Positions 37,453 through 51,307 are shown, counted from the stretch's first letter. The stretch is 64,000 nucleotides of DNA from Takakia lepidozioides (GCA_030704615.1 CM060734.1:31248001-31312000), one strand, 5' to 3'. Made by a program: numbers and translations. The notes: a model not told the origin generated them from the sequence alone.

Positions 37453-40400
37453 TAGCAACATCCAGGATTCGGATGCCGCAAGCATTGGTACCATGCCTGC
37501 AGGCAGGCTTAATTAGTTTGCAATCTTGCAGGGCTTGGTGTGATCTGGTAGGCTGGGTTGGTGAAGTGAAGAGGGAGAGGGAAGCCGGCAAGGGTGTAGT
37601 TGTCAGAGCTCTCTGTCAAGAACGTGTAGAGAAGGGAGGGAGTCAGGCTACAAGTCAGCAGCACCCTTACTCATCACGTTTACCAACACTGTCTGCCCTC
37701 GTTACACCAGCTACTCCTGCATCAGGGTTACCTTACTCTGATCATCATAACGACGGCATTTCGGGTGTCTTTAGTGATCTGAACTCAATCGTGGTCATTG
37801 AAGGTGCTATCAAATTGAGCCTTTGTTGATAAGGTGGATTCTCACATTAGGATCCTTGATTCTTCATAACACAGTATTTCACGTGGAATAGATAGACTCC
37901 AAATTGGATTCAAACCCAAATCTATACGTCTTCGTTTTCTAAGGTTTTTGTACACACCATCAAGCCTCCGTATTTTCTATGGCAGCATCAATATGTTGAG
38001 AGTATTCATCCCAGACACCCAAGGCAGGCCCACAGTAGCTTTCGAGCTTCTCGAACGGGCCGAAACGACTAGACGCTGCAGAAACACAATGTGTTTGATG
38101 TTTTCTCTAAGAGGGCCACTCGTTGAGTAGTCCCACTACAACGCATCCCCACCAGATGCACAAATGTACCTTATTGCCTTCTACCGGCCAGCTGGGTCAA
38201 GTGGCCTACCGTGAGATAGGCAGACTCTTGCAGGCGTGTTGTAGCCTAGCCTGGGACTACTCTTTCAGTTGTCGAGTTCATGTGTCGCGCATTCTACAAG
38301 TCACTCTCGCTTATTATCCAGTACTCGGGTGGCTTAGATCAGGCTGGCGGAAAGTGAATCAGGAATAAAGATTACGCACTGAAGTGAAGCGAAGTTTGTT
38401 TGCAGGGCGGACGCCCTTCCGCGCCTAAAACACGAAACACTATTGAAGAAAGAAGTAGAGAAAATACAGAATTGCTGGCATGTCGCACACCACTCTTGGT
38501 GGGTTCCGGCTGGAGAGTTTCTTGCTAACAAAAGAATCACAAGAACGGTCTCAAGTTCAGAACGCGAGGAGGTATGCAAGCGAGCAAGCAGGATTGCGGA
38601 TGAGCCAGTACAGCTCCCGCTCGTGTTTTGTAAGCATTTTCACGGAAGCACTTCAGTTTTTGAACAATGTATGGATTGAAGAAAGGCATCAGACTGTACT
38701 GAGATACAGATCCATTGACAACATTTGACGCAAGTCCAGGCGATGACCACAGGTCCCGAAGCCATTTATTCTGGAAATGTGTGATTTCAAGATTTGTAGA
38801 GACGAATCTCCTCCGGCATATCCATGCTCCAAAGTGTTTAGCAGAGCAGAATACGAGAGTGATCGAGGGAGTGATCGAGAGCGTGCACCAATATTCTGCC
38901 AGTTAGACCTTTAAACAGGATGGCCTCCATAGATTGTGTGATTCCCGTCCAACCATACTTGTAGATTCAATTTGCAAGCTTCCAATATCATCTCCACATG
39001 AAATTCTGTTTACTCTTTGCAATCTCTGCAAACAAAAGTAGGTCCACATGCGACATACCAATTCTCCAGTAACACTACGTGAGAAGACGGATTGAGATTC
39101 ATATAATTCCGAGAGAAGAAGTTCCCCATCAGTAGTTCGGTGCTGCTTGCTAAGCAGGAGGACACTTGCTTCTTGCACAGCACTTGCTTCTTGGCTTGCC
39201 ATGGCTGGCTGGTGAGTGATCCTCTCCTCTTCTCTGCTATATTACTTTGTCTCCAGAGGTGAAGGCGCTGAAGGATGCATGAGAGAAGAGCACAGGTTGT
39301 CACTGCCATTGATGAGGTACACCTAGTTGCAGAGAGACCTGCTCCATATTCCACTATCACCCATCTCCATTCTATGGCTACAATGCATGGAGTTTTGTTC
39401 AATTGCAATCCAGTATTCGGTCTAAAACGACTGGGTAGATCCACTATGGCTTTGAGATTGTTCAACCTATACTCTGCTGCAGATAATTGCATCTCCAGAT
39501 TCTAGGCCAACAATCCAGGATGGCCCCAGTGTAAGCAAGTAAGAATGATGCTAAAGTAGGACAACTTCTTACAATGAGATATGGCTCCTGATCTTTGAGA
39601 ATGAGGGTCCATAAGTGTCGTACAGCAACTGTAACATCAACTGGGGTGATCTCTGGGGGTGGGTGGCCTGGTCAAAAATGCTTACTAGAGGCCATACGGG
39701 AGAAGCACAAGACCTGGTCCCATATTGTAGGACGTGAAAGAAACATTCGTGGTGGTTTTGAGATGATGAACTCCGGGATTTTCTCAAATGCCCGGGCTTT
39801 CTGCCTCAGTTGTGTTTGTTGGATCAACATGCTCTAAAATTGATACGGAGAAGAAGGTAAGTGGGCCACATGCCCACTGTGGGCGAGTACCTAAACAACA
39901 TTCCTGGAGTCAAACCCACTGGATAGTAAGCACAATGACCTGGCCCCTTATCATCAATAAATCATCAGACCTCAGCAAGAAAATTCCTGCCTTCCATAAT
40001 ACTCCACCAAAAAGAAAGATGGAGGGAAATCAATTTTTGAGAGATTTGGAGACATTATATGGGACTATCCACACCTTTTGAATCCGGCACTGTGGTGGCA
40101 CATACAAGCAAACACGCCAAATGTACATCAATTCAAGTAAGACTTTCTTACAGTAGTTTGATCATTGGACCCGGTCCTAAGGGAGTTTTCTCTGCCTTGG
40201 AGGGTCCGGAACGAGTACATCAATACTGATCCCAAGAATGGATATCACACACCTTTGTCATCAGGATGTGATGTCAAACAATCTTACAGCAACACCACTC
40301 TCTCACAAGCTAACAAACCCAAGTAGGAGAGAAACCGAAAAAAAAACATTCATTGAAAAGAGAAAGAAAAATTCAGCAGCTCTAGGATGTCAATGCGTGT

Positions 40401-41146
40401 CTATGAGAACAGTCCATATATCTGTATGATGCATCACAGCAGTGTAGGATGAAGCCCCATGAGCCTGATTAGGATGGCTGTCATTACCATACTGCATGCA
40501 CTCAGCTGCCAATGATTTATTATTACATACATGCTTTCAACATTGTTATGTTGCAATGTCCTGCTGAGAAAGCCTGTATCATGACCATGCCTGCTGTTCC
40601 CCCAAGATTTCCTGCCAAATGCAGTCCTGGTATTGCCTGTGCACTGGCTCTCACACAACATTGCTGGCAGTTTGACTCAGATTACACTATCCAACCTTCC
40701 TGGTAGACTCTTTACATACTTCAAGTTGAGAGCAGCCCTTCGAAGACCATTCAACTGAGACGCCTAATACTACAATAGGATAGTTCAAGGTTGTTGGTGA
40801 GAATCAATGTAGCCATTGTGAGCCACCACCTTCTCACACCTTGCTTGCAAGTCACCCTCAACCCTCATAGCCACTAACTTCTTGAATGTAACTTTTGGTC
40901 TCCACCTAAGAATGTCCTCGGCTTCTTAGCTAAGTCTCTGAGATCTGTCAACCTCTGCAGGCCGGAAGTACCTGCCAAAAAGCAGAAAAAGTTGCATAAC
41001 AAGTAGGGATATCGAAGATGTATCATAGCTTATGATGTTTCCCATGCTCTCCATCAACGCCAATTCTTGCTAAGGGCGATGTTGTTGTGGTCAGTCCATG
41101 ATTACACACTTAATTATATGGGTACCTGTTACCCGCCAAACATATT

Positions 41147-44100
41147 TCAGAACTGGCGCTCATAGACACTCCGTACACCATCCAGGAGAGGGCCAGGATT
41201 CAAGAACCTATCATTGCACTTCCCCTTGACATCCCAGAGCATGCTGGTAGCCCTCTGCAGCAGTAGTGTGGTCAAAACCTAGTTTCGAAAGCCACTCCTT
41301 TCGTGTTGATGAATCATGCATTTTGGTCTCTTCCTGTGTGTCCGCAGCAACCAGACGGTAAACTACAACCCTTTTCTGCTGTCCGATGCGGAAAGCTCGG
41401 CTGATTGCCTGCCGAGAAACCGCTGGATTCCAGGGAACTTCTAGCAGCACCACTCTGGAGGCCCCAATCAGTGAAATTCCCTCCCCACATGCCTTTATAG
41501 AAGCGCACAGAACCCGGGCTTCAGAGCCCGAATTGAAACGATCCATCCTTTCCTCCCTTTCTTCTAGCTGGAGTTGCCCATCCAGCCTTATAATCTGCAC
41601 ATCTCTGCTCCAGCCCATGCGTCGACTGATCATATGTTCAATTAACTTAAGGCAGTAGAGATATTCGCTAAAAATAAGTAGCTTCTCCCCTGCGGCCTTA
41701 CACAAGCCCACCAGATCAAGGACCCACCGTAGTTTCGCGCCATCTCTGATGTTAATGTCACTATTCAACCTCGGATCATCCTGGGTCCTTCTGCTATTCT
41801 CAACTTCTTTCTCCAAAATCGGGTGTACATAGATTGCCGCAGCTCGCTTTTGCACATAGTCCTTGTTTTCGTTCTTTTCTGACAAAGCAAGCAAATGCTG
41901 CTGTATAGGGGTGAGATGAATCATAATGGTGAAGTCTGCAATGCCTGTCAAGGAGCTCGAGACTTGGCCTTTGTGCCACGACACAAAAGGAGAAATCATC
42001 GCCCGTAGCTGCAGCACAGTTTTCATGACAACTTCTGGATTCTTACTCTCAATCCTTTCCGCAGTTACGTGATTAAAAGCTTGCCTCCCGACATCTCCCC
42101 CCTGCTTTTTGGAGTGGGGTGTACTCATCTGGGGGGCAGCTTGCTGCATGAAATCAGGTCTCACCAGCTCCAGGGTATTGTAGAATTCCTCAAAGTTGTT
42201 ATTGAAAGGTGTGCCAGACAATAGCACCTTTCGCTTGGTGCGTACATCCGTAAGGGCTTTCAAAATTTTCGTATCACTCGTTCTTGCCAAGTGTCCTTCA
42301 TCAAGGATAAGCAACCCAGGGCCCTCTGTAAGCAGCTTGCGAACCTCACCACCCATATTTGTGAATTGGGAGTAACCTACTAGGAGGACACTTTTGGTCT
42401 GCTGCCATTTCTGAAGCATGTTCAACTGGTCTACAGAAGTATCTGCTTCATACAAGACAAAGGTGGGTATGTGCTCTACTTCCCATTTCTTGAACTCTCG
42501 AACCCATGGGAAAAGCATTCCCTGTGTGCCACTATCATGGGCTTTGCATCTGTTTCTTAGTCAGAAACTTTGAAGAAAGCTAATGATCAGAAAACTCTTA
42601 CCAGTTCCTGGTGCAAATGCAAGCATGCAACCACCTGCATCCTGTTCTACCAGATTTCTAGACAGGAACCTAAACCCTTCTCTCTGATGGGGGTGCATGA
42701 ACTGTTCCAATGTAGGGTGCACCTTCAACTCAGGTGTCCCTTCTAATCTCTCTTCTGGTTCCTCACCCCAATCACGCCCCAATGGTCCTGTGCGCCGACT
42801 TTCGTTCCCACTCTGAAGCTGCAGCATCCAAGAACACAATGTTGATTTATTGCATGTACAAAAGGACTTACTTCTAGACAGATATCGTTGACCACCTGGA
42901 GTAGGTACCATAATCTCTCTTCAATCTCCAATAAGCATTAGACCTCTCTCACATGAATACTTGGACCGAGCTAAGGGGCAGAGGCGACTTAAGAAGAACG
43001 AAACAGGGCTTGTTTTCGCTGTCTCCAAACACCCTGGAGCTTTGGATGGTACCACTTACAGGAAGACCTGCTCCAGGTGAGAATAATGTTGATGGCCTTG
43101 CCTATGACATGTCTCAAACAAGCCTGTAGTGCCGCGGTTAGATGTCTACTTTCTTCTATGTTCTCCACCTCCAAGCTATGACTGGTACAACCCAAGTTAC
43201 TTTTCTTCCACTGATGTGTGCTGGGGAGGTCAGGTGCTACTGTATTAGTAGTTTTGCTGAGAGCTCTTAGAGCTCTGCAGCATCCCCAGACCCTAGCCAC
43301 CAGAAACTATTGGACAAAAAGAAACTTAAATAATTGGAAACCCTGTCCCACCTCTCTTCTCAGTAACAAACAACAAGTATGAGCAGGTGTGAGGGACATA
43401 CAGGCTTGTGCCAAAGAAGTGACATGTGCTCAATTTGTTCGCCAATGAGACCACAGCGAGTACACGCCCTGCCCACCTCTGGTATCAGCACAAAGCTGTG
43501 TGTGCACCCTTCATTCCTTTGTTCCTCCACTACATGTTTGTTGTCCTGTGTCCATCAGACTACCACTTCGTGAGGAGGACAAGAACAAGGAAGGAAGAAA
43601 AGAAGAAGGCAAATGGGAAGGAGGAAATGCCTAGCCCCCATGGGAGGCCCAGAGGTCCTACGGACACAGTAGAACTACAAGACAAAAGGAAGAGAGCCTC
43701 AGTAAAAACCAGAGAGAGAGAGAGAGAAAGAGCAATCATTTAGGTAAGTGGATACATTTCTGAAGAACCTTAGAAGGAAGCATTCCAGAATTGGTGTTTT
43801 CCCAGAACACTTTGAAGAGAATGAGAGCTGATGTGTGCACCTCAAACACTTGCGAGATTGCCAATTCTTTCCACATATCCTCCAGGGGGTCCACCTGGAG
43901 ACCTTTGTCCACTGGGAGACCTTTGTCTACATTGCAGACTGCGTGATCCGTTTCATACGACAATATGTTTCCGAGTAAATCCAATGCTCTTTGACAGTCC
44001 GCCACAGAATTTTGGGCTGCAATCAAGGCTTTTGCGATAGTACTCTCCATTGAACCGTACTGACCTTGGTCCACAGGCGTCCGCGTTCGCTTCGGGCGGG

Positions 44101-44421
44101 GAGAAGCTGTGCAAAGCGCCAACCAGTTAGAATACATTGAATCCTCTTGCAGTTCATGTTCATGATCGGATTTTTCCTACGGGCATTGACCTTGGCCACC
44201 ATCATCTTTTTCAGCTCTGTTAATACTTCATACATACCCACCATATATATACTTTGGTGACACTTTCAGAAGGCTCAAGACCTCATTTGCTTACCAGCAT
44301 CTTCCATGCTTGGAACATTGCAGGGAACAGGCTCTTGAGCTGTGTTAATGAAGAGTTTACAAGCCACAAGAGCTCCTCGTTCGGTCTTTCCTTTCTTGCG
44401 TTTCCTGCCTCTGACCGTCAT
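41147..44421 (-). CDS. DRD1/CLASSY-type SNF2 chromatin remodeller (RdDM-associated family); frameshifted as assembled
   Basis: N-terminal motifs [19 protein letters not shown] and [19 protein letters not shown]. Helicase motifs [64 protein letters not shown] and [18 protein letters not shown]. Single-base indels near 42520-42565 and ~41250. Confidence 0.85.
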
Positions 44422-44734
44422 CTGCCACCATTCCTCGAAGGAAATTGTCAGGAATTAGAAAGTCTCCCTGGCTTGCGAAGGAACACAGATGACTCCACAG
44501 CATCACATTTCCAGCCAATTCATCAGCAAATCCAACATTGTCTCCAAGATTATGCAAAGTCTATCGCTACCTCAACAAGATTGAAATTCAGCTTCAGAGT
44601 TCCAAATAATCCGTCCATTCAAGATTAAAGACGCTTACCGCTCCCTTTAGAACGTGCAGACTCCCAAGAATTGAAGTCTGGGGCACGACCAGAATAAATA
44701 GTCACAATACCGCCTCTCCCCCCACCCCCCACCC

Positions 44735-44975
44735 CTCCTCCTTCCCTCCCCTCCAAAGAATGACCCGAATCGGAGACCCTCCGAGATACTGCCTCCCTTC
44801 GTCCTTCCTTCCCTTCCTCTCAATCAAATAACCCGTAAACAGATTATCAACCAGCGTCGACAATCACAATTACGCCTCTCTGTTTCCTCTTCCTCCTCCA
44901 AAGAATGACCTGCAGCACAGACCCTCGACGACATTGCCTTCCTACCTCCCTCCCTCCGTTCCTCTCAATCAATCG
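44735..44975. repeat. Diverged ~145-bp direct duplication in the SNF2/BTB intergenic region
   Basis: CTCCAAAGAATGACC at 44751 and 44896; TTCCTCTCAATCAA at 44814 and 44960. Confidence 0.7.
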
Positions 44976-45277
44976 GCCAGTAGACACACGTCCTCTCGAT
45001 TCCTTTGTATGCATGTCTGAATCCGAGGCCAGAGGATTACAGGTCCCGACGTCAAACATCCGCGGGCACAGCATGAACATTCCAACGCTACCAAGGGGAG
45101 GGGGTGGCTTTGTCGGTAAAGGTCCATTTGGATCCTTGTGGGAGCATAAACGAAAATATTGCATGATCTGTAGTGAGCCCCAGCAATGCGAGCAGCCTAC
45201 AGTACGCAGGGTGAACTTTGATCGGTGTTGTAGTTCCTGCTATAATGCCCTTGGCATAGAGCTGGACGTGGTGCTTA

Positions 45278-45470
45278 GAGCTCAGACGAATCCCAACTAT
45301 GCACAGGAGGTTGGGGAAGATATCAAGAAGTTGCCAGAGGCTAAGTTTATATACTTGATAGAGTATACAACTTGGTTGTCACCTATTGTGATAGTTCTAA
45401 AGAAGAATATAAACTGAGAGTTTGTGTGAACTATAAGAAGTTGAATGCTTGTACCAAGAAAGATTCTGTA
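45278..45470 (+). mobile_element. Ty3/gypsy reverse transcriptase fragment, N-terminal part
   Basis: TNPNYAQEVGEDIKKL..FIYLIEYTTWLSPIVIVLKKN, then LRVCVNYKKLNACTKKD. Confidence 0.85.
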
Positions 45471-45494
45471 TAACTGGTTTGTCCAAGGAATCTC

Positions 45495-45830
45495 TTTAGA
45501 CTCTATATGGGATCCACAAGAAGTCCCCTCTTAGACACAATGTGTCCCAAAAGCACCCCCCAGTTCACACAGAAAGTACACTTTTCTGGATTCAGGCCCA
45601 TACCTCTCATCCTACATCTGGCCAAACATAACTCCAATTTATGCAAGTGCTCATTCTTAGAGCTACACACACTGAAATCATCCAAGAACACCTACATGAA
45701 TACTCATGAAAAAATTCACTTATCACTCTATGAAAGGTTGCTGGTGCATTACAAAGTCCAAAAGACACGACTTTGTATGGAGGTTCTTTTCAAGCTGGTT
45801 TTTGCAATTCAATTGAATTGCACACTTTTA
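45495..45830 (-). mobile_element. Ty3/gypsy reverse transcriptase fragment, C-terminal part, inverted
   Basis: FGLCNAPATF followed by VFLDDFSV..EHLHKL..LNPEKCTF..LLGHIVSKRGLLVDP. Confidence 0.88.
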
Positions 45831-46959
45831 GGGGGGTGATCAAGTGAATTGCGATGCATTTCACATGAAGGCCTATTTGGAATTCCCTACCGGGGGCAAT
45901 GCCCCCCCCCCATGCACACAACGTGACTTCATGTCCAGGTGGCGGGATAGATACATACATACGGAAGTATTTTGTCAAAAAATCCGACCAAGGATAATTT
46001 TTTGCACATGTCACAAGGCATTTGACATGCAAAAAAAGGCAAAAAAAAAAAATATATGCCCGTCAAAAGAAAGGCAATGAGAAAAAATTGCCTGTAACAA
46101 AAAAGGCAGAAATTTCTGATAATTAGGGGTAATTTTATTTCTAAGTCCACCTAGGAGAGGCTCACAAAGCCTAAAAGATACAAATTATGCCAGAGATTAC
46201 TGATAGCTATTAGTAATTTTATTAGTAAGTCTACCTAGGGGAGCCTCACCGAAGCTCTACCAGCTGCCCTTCTTTGTGTTTCAAGCTTTAAACCTCTAGG
46301 CTCTCCCTCTTTGTTTTTTGTGCGTGCTCCAGCCTCCATTCTTAGTTTTTTTTTTTTTTTTGACAAGGGTGTTGAGTAGACGGATATTTGGCTCGAGTCC
46401 ATTTTGGATAATGTAGGCATGCACTTGCTTTCCCGTTTCTAGGTCTTTACTCTTGATACACCCTTAAATGCACAAGTACTGGAGTTGGTGGCCAAAATGA
46501 ATTGCTGGTTCAAAATGTGCAGTGCCTATTTGATTAGTTCTCCCTTACACGGTGTACCTACAGCCACAACAATGCCAGAATAATTCTTCTTGAGTCGCTC
46601 TCCCGATCGTTTTTCAAAAGCATTTGTTGTGGAGGAGGTGCCATATTCAAACAACTGCACCTAATTCGACACGGCCATCCTACATGACTCAAAATCTTTA
46701 CTTACAAAGTACAATCAACTGGCATATTGTATTTCCTAGCTCATTGATAAGCAAGAAAATCTCTCTCAAAGAAGAGAGGCTCAGTGGGGCTACGTATGAA
46801 GAGGTTCAAAATGCTAAAGTCTTATGTGGTACGAATGCTACATGTTTGGGTTGGAACCCATGAAAATAGTAAAGACAATACCATATGTATTCACAGACTG
46901 GAGCTTCACTAATTGTAATTGTAAGAAGTTCACACTTCTTTTCATTTTTTGTTTTAATT

Positions 46960-48990
46960 TCATATGGCTTCCGGCCTGAAGATAAACTGGGGCAAATCTA
47001 TCGGCCTTCTCAGCCAGCTGCCAGCAAATGCCATTTTGAAACATTGTGATCCATGGGGAGATGACTTGGGGTTAAAGTGGCTTGCTGAGGGCCAGACCCA
47101 CGAATCTCTGGGACATCAGATTGGGATTGACATCTCAAATGACAGCAGGGTAGAAGCTGTTCTAATTAAGCTGAAAAGAAGATTTGCATACTGGAGTTCA
47201 CTTCACCTTACGGTGGTTGGGAGAGCATTGGTGGCCAATCAAATACTGTTGGGTTCCTCTTGGTTCACCTCCTCTGTATGGTCACCAGGGGCGTCCTTCA
47301 TCAAGAAGCTCAAATCTCTGACTCGGAATTTTATCTGGGGTGCCTGGAATGTTGCATCTAATAAAAGAGCACTTGTTAGTTGGGCTTAGATCTGCCAGGG
47401 AAAAAAACATGGTGGTCTTGGAGTGCTTGATCCAGAGTCACAGATAACAACATTGCTGGCTAAATGGGTGCCGAGGGTTTTCACCAACTTATCCAGTCCC
47501 TGGAGTCAATTGGTGAGGCACCATTTGATGGCAGCGGTGCCTAAAACAAGCCCGTGTTGGCCTCCATCCCTAAGATGGATTGTGCAAGGAGGAAAACGAA
47601 CGCCAGACCTGCTGTTGGATCCAAAGCTTGGCAATCGATATGGATTCCCTGGTGTAGGCTCCATGACTCCCTCTATCAGCTGCAACCCACCTCTTATGAT
47701 GAAGTAATCAGACAGCCTCTTTTCGGAAACTTCAACAGGGACTCTGAAACCTTGGTGTACTGTTCTGAAAGATGGTCTCATTAGGAAGTAGCAGGTTTGT
47801 CGTATATGCTGCATTTTTGGAACCAAGATTATGGTTTGCCTATTTCCATGGAAGAAGCAACACCAGGGTTCTCCCATAGAAGAGTGGCTTCTGGTTGGGG
47901 CACAATTTTGGAAGACCCCCCCCCCCCCATCTGGACTTAGTTGTTGGCAAATCGACACTTGAGATATGTTCCTAGATGGTTGGGATTCTCCCAGGCTTCG
48001 GAGAAATTTACGCTATATGCCACATCCATTGATCCTAACCACATTTTTGGTACAAGATTCAGTGTGGCAAGTGATGGTCTTCTCCTTAATCCCCAGCCTT
48101 TCAAGCTTCCTGCCAGGTCGGACTACTATGACATTAGAGTATTCTGCTCAATTTCTGGTAAAGCTGATCCCACCCCCCTGCTTGAGCTCCATCTTTATAG
48201 TGGCTTCTTCGTTTGGTTCCTATCGGCTCCTGTCGGTCAATTGCAGTTTGACCCAGGAGAGTGGGATTGGATGAGCAAAAACAAGGATCACTTCTTCTCT
48301 TACACGATTAAGATAGGATATTCTCTACTGATGCCCAATCAAACCTTTGATAGGAAATGGTCAAACAAATGGGCTCACCTTGGCGGACAACCGATTCAAT
48401 GGAAACGGGTATGGGCAGACATATGGAGAAAGCAGAGATCTTCCAAAGCGTCTGCTTTTCTTTGGAAAATCGCCAATCGTATAATTCCAGTTGGACACCT
48501 CCGTTGAAATGTGCCACATGCAATAGAAATGCCCCTGAGGATCTGGAACATTGCCTAGTGTCCTGCCCATTTGCTAGTTCAGTTTGGGCTCGTGCTATCT
48601 CCCTTTATTCTTCTTGGGACATGGATCTCATATACCCCATTTCTGCTCTTCTTCTCAATATCAAGGATGGCAGATCCTTTTGCTCTTGCCCTGTTTGGGT
48701 TGCTCTTAGAGGCATCACTCTCTGGCATATCTGGAAAATGAGATGCTCTACCCTATTCCAAAACTCAATTCCCTGTTTGCAGAAACTTTTGTTCTTAGTT
48801 CACTCAGACATGTTGTCTGAGGCTCGCAAGGCATGGGATGTTTTGGTGGCAGCTCTTTCCAGCTGTAATAACAGAAGGAGAAACTAGCTCGTTGCAGCAT
48901 TTGACAGCTCGTGGGGGAGGGGGAGGGTTCTTCTGCAGACGGATTTCAGAGTCAAGAGTTCAGTGGTTCGAAGACCTCCCACCCTGCTGG
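46960..48990 (+). mobile_element. 5'-truncated L1/Tx1-like LINE (RT C-terminus plus zf-RVT), decayed
   Basis: ASGLKINWGKS, LTVVGRALVANQIL, RNFIWG, LVSWA*IC..GGLGV, AFLWKI and CATC..EDLEHCLVSCPFASSVW. Confidence 0.9.
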
Positions 48991-49045
48991 TAGCTCCATA
49001 GGAGCCAAACGGTCCCCCCTCTAATCTGAAGAATGAGAGTAAATT

Positions 49046-49886
49046 GGAGGCACAAAAGAAGTCTTAGAACGGCAAAATCTAAGGCGCAGTTATCATTTGA
49101 GAATCCCAAAAGGATGCAGGGTTCCTCTTGATTACGAGAGACGGGCACAATTCTTGCTCACGTGGGAAGAACGTCCCCCCCGCCGACGTCTCTTTGAAGG
49201 CTCCTGACGGGTCTCATATCGGGGCCTGCAAATTACTCCTCGTGACTCTCTCTCTCTCTCTCTCTCTCTCCCAACGAGCAGCCGACTGTTTCAATTGCAA
49301 TTTTGCTCCAATATAACATATACAGATAACTTTTCCTACTTTGGGAGAGAGTTCTATGCCTGTACACATGTGCACATAAAATTCTATACGTTGCCGTTGT
49401 TTCCTGCAGGCAAGCAGATCGCCTGTATTCAAAGCCATCTTCAATGCTAACATGAGGGAAGCCCGGAGTAGCCTCGTGAAAGTCGATGACATCTCGCATG
49501 AGGAGCTGAAGCTCTTGGTGGATTACTTCTACACAGCCATAATCAGCCCCGAGATGCTTGCGAAGCACGCCACTTCTCTTGTGTGCGTCGCGGAGAAGTA
49601 TGACGTGCCGTCCTTGAAAGCTGAGTGCGAGGAGTTCATCTCATGCAACGTGACAAAAGACATTGCAATTAGCAGCTTTGATCTCTCCAGGAGGTGTGAT
49701 TCCCCTGCTATCAAGAAAGCCGCGCTAAAGGTTATGAAGAACTGCAGTAAAGAGATTTCCACACTTCCAGAATACAAAGACTATCTGGAGAAACAACCCG
49801 AATTGCTAATGGAGTTCTATGATGGGGTCCTTCGTCAAGTGACACGTAAACTGCAGCGGCGATTGTCTGGTGCGTGCCCCAGCTGA
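49046..49886 (+). CDS. BTB/POZ domain protein (At4g08455/At1g01640-like), 3' exons; 5' part disrupted
   Basis: ADVSLKAPDGSHIGACKLLL, intron 49242-49409, then ASRSPVFKAIF..DISHEELKLLVDYFYT..AEKYDVPSLKAECE. Apparent +1 shift in a C7 run at ~49175. Confidence 0.8.
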
Positions 49887-51025
49887 TGAGCTTACAGTCA
49901 ATCACGTCAGCACTCGGATGTTACGTACATGTGCATCCCAGATCTATATCGTACATTAATTAACATGCAACTTCTTCGCAGTACGTGCATCCGGCCAGAA
50001 ATTTGTGGCGCGATTGACTGATGTCATGCTACATCACTTGTTGTCTAACAATCTGAAGTGTTGCTTGAAAACCCTCAGCTAGTTTCCATGCCTGTCTTTA
50101 GCCTTTTTCCCTCTTTGTAGATCTGTCTCTCTCCTTCTACCTAGCCTCCTCACGGTGTCTTGGATGTCCACATTAAATATCTAATAATTCGAGCTTTCAG
50201 ATTACAGAGGAAATTTCACCAATGTATAAGCAGATTGCGTGGAATAAAATTGAAGAAAGGGACAAGTTGGAAGAGCTCAAGAAAGATCTCGAAAGGATAA
50301 CTTGGAAGGTTAACGGTTATGGTGCATACATTTTATCCAGGAAAAGTGAAGGTAAGGGGCAGCTTATCGTCATCCTCAAGTGAAGAGGAGGGAGAGCCGT
50401 CTGAAGACTTGGACGCAAGAACTTCTCAGGCGTCTGAACCAGTGGAGCGGATGAGCTGTAGCGTTTCGCCTTTACTTTGACCTCCATGAAGATGGACAGA
50501 CCAAACCATTGGCCAACTCCGCTGCCACTGTGCTAGTTGGTTGCACTATAGTAGGAAAGCATTGCAAACGAGCACTTGTAGTGGTTTGTGTGAGTTGTCC
50601 AAATGACCTGCATTCTAAGCTGAAAGTATGGTTCTGATGCATTCTAGTGGTTTTAGTGGTTCACCCATATGCAGGGGGAATTGAGAAGCAATGATACTGG
50701 GCGAGACTCAGAACACAGACCACGATGCATGCGCAACATCATGCTAATGAACCAAATAGACGTAGTCCAGGGAGACCAAAGACCATCACACATACACATA
50801 GAAGGTGGATGGACACGACGACAAGTCAGGAAAATGTGATATTACATTCAAATAAGAGACCGTCACGGCACACCTGCGTATGAGCAAGACAAAATGCCAA
50901 CATACATGGTTGCCGAACATCACATAAATTGTCATGGCCCAAATGTTCAAAACTGGTAACGTGAGTATCATACACACTTCTATGAGTATCATTACACACC
51001 CAACAGGGACTACAAACATGAAATC

Positions 51026-51307
51026 TCACTTGATACTTTCACCTTTCCTCATACTCTTCTCTGGCCACAGAGTCACCGTGCCTTTCACGTGCGCTAGTGT
51101 GGTCTAGGGGGGGGCATCGTCCACATTTGGGCAAGGCAATGTAACACTTGGAAGCATGATCTCGTGGACTTTCACCTTGTACCACCCGGAACGAATGTCC
51201 TTGCAGTGGAACTTGTCAACCCTGGCTATTCCCACCACTTCCGCCTTTGCGGCGGCTGTCTTTGACCGCTTGTCATTGGGGTTCAGGAGAAACATAGGAT
51301 CTGATAT
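51026..51307 (-). mobile_element. CACTA/En-Spm-associated (Tnp1/DUF8039-like) protein fragment with internal stop
   Basis: AKAEVVG..FHCKDIRSGWYKVKVHEI..VTLPCPN..PP*TTLAHVKGTVTLWP matches the H..KVxV..LPxP..TL..G..xWP pattern. Confidence 0.6.

Noticed and set aside
37444-44421. Functional link between the MULE and the neighbouring RdDM-type SNF2 gene
   Set aside because: The gene lies outside the TIRs and TSD; proximity alone is not evidence.
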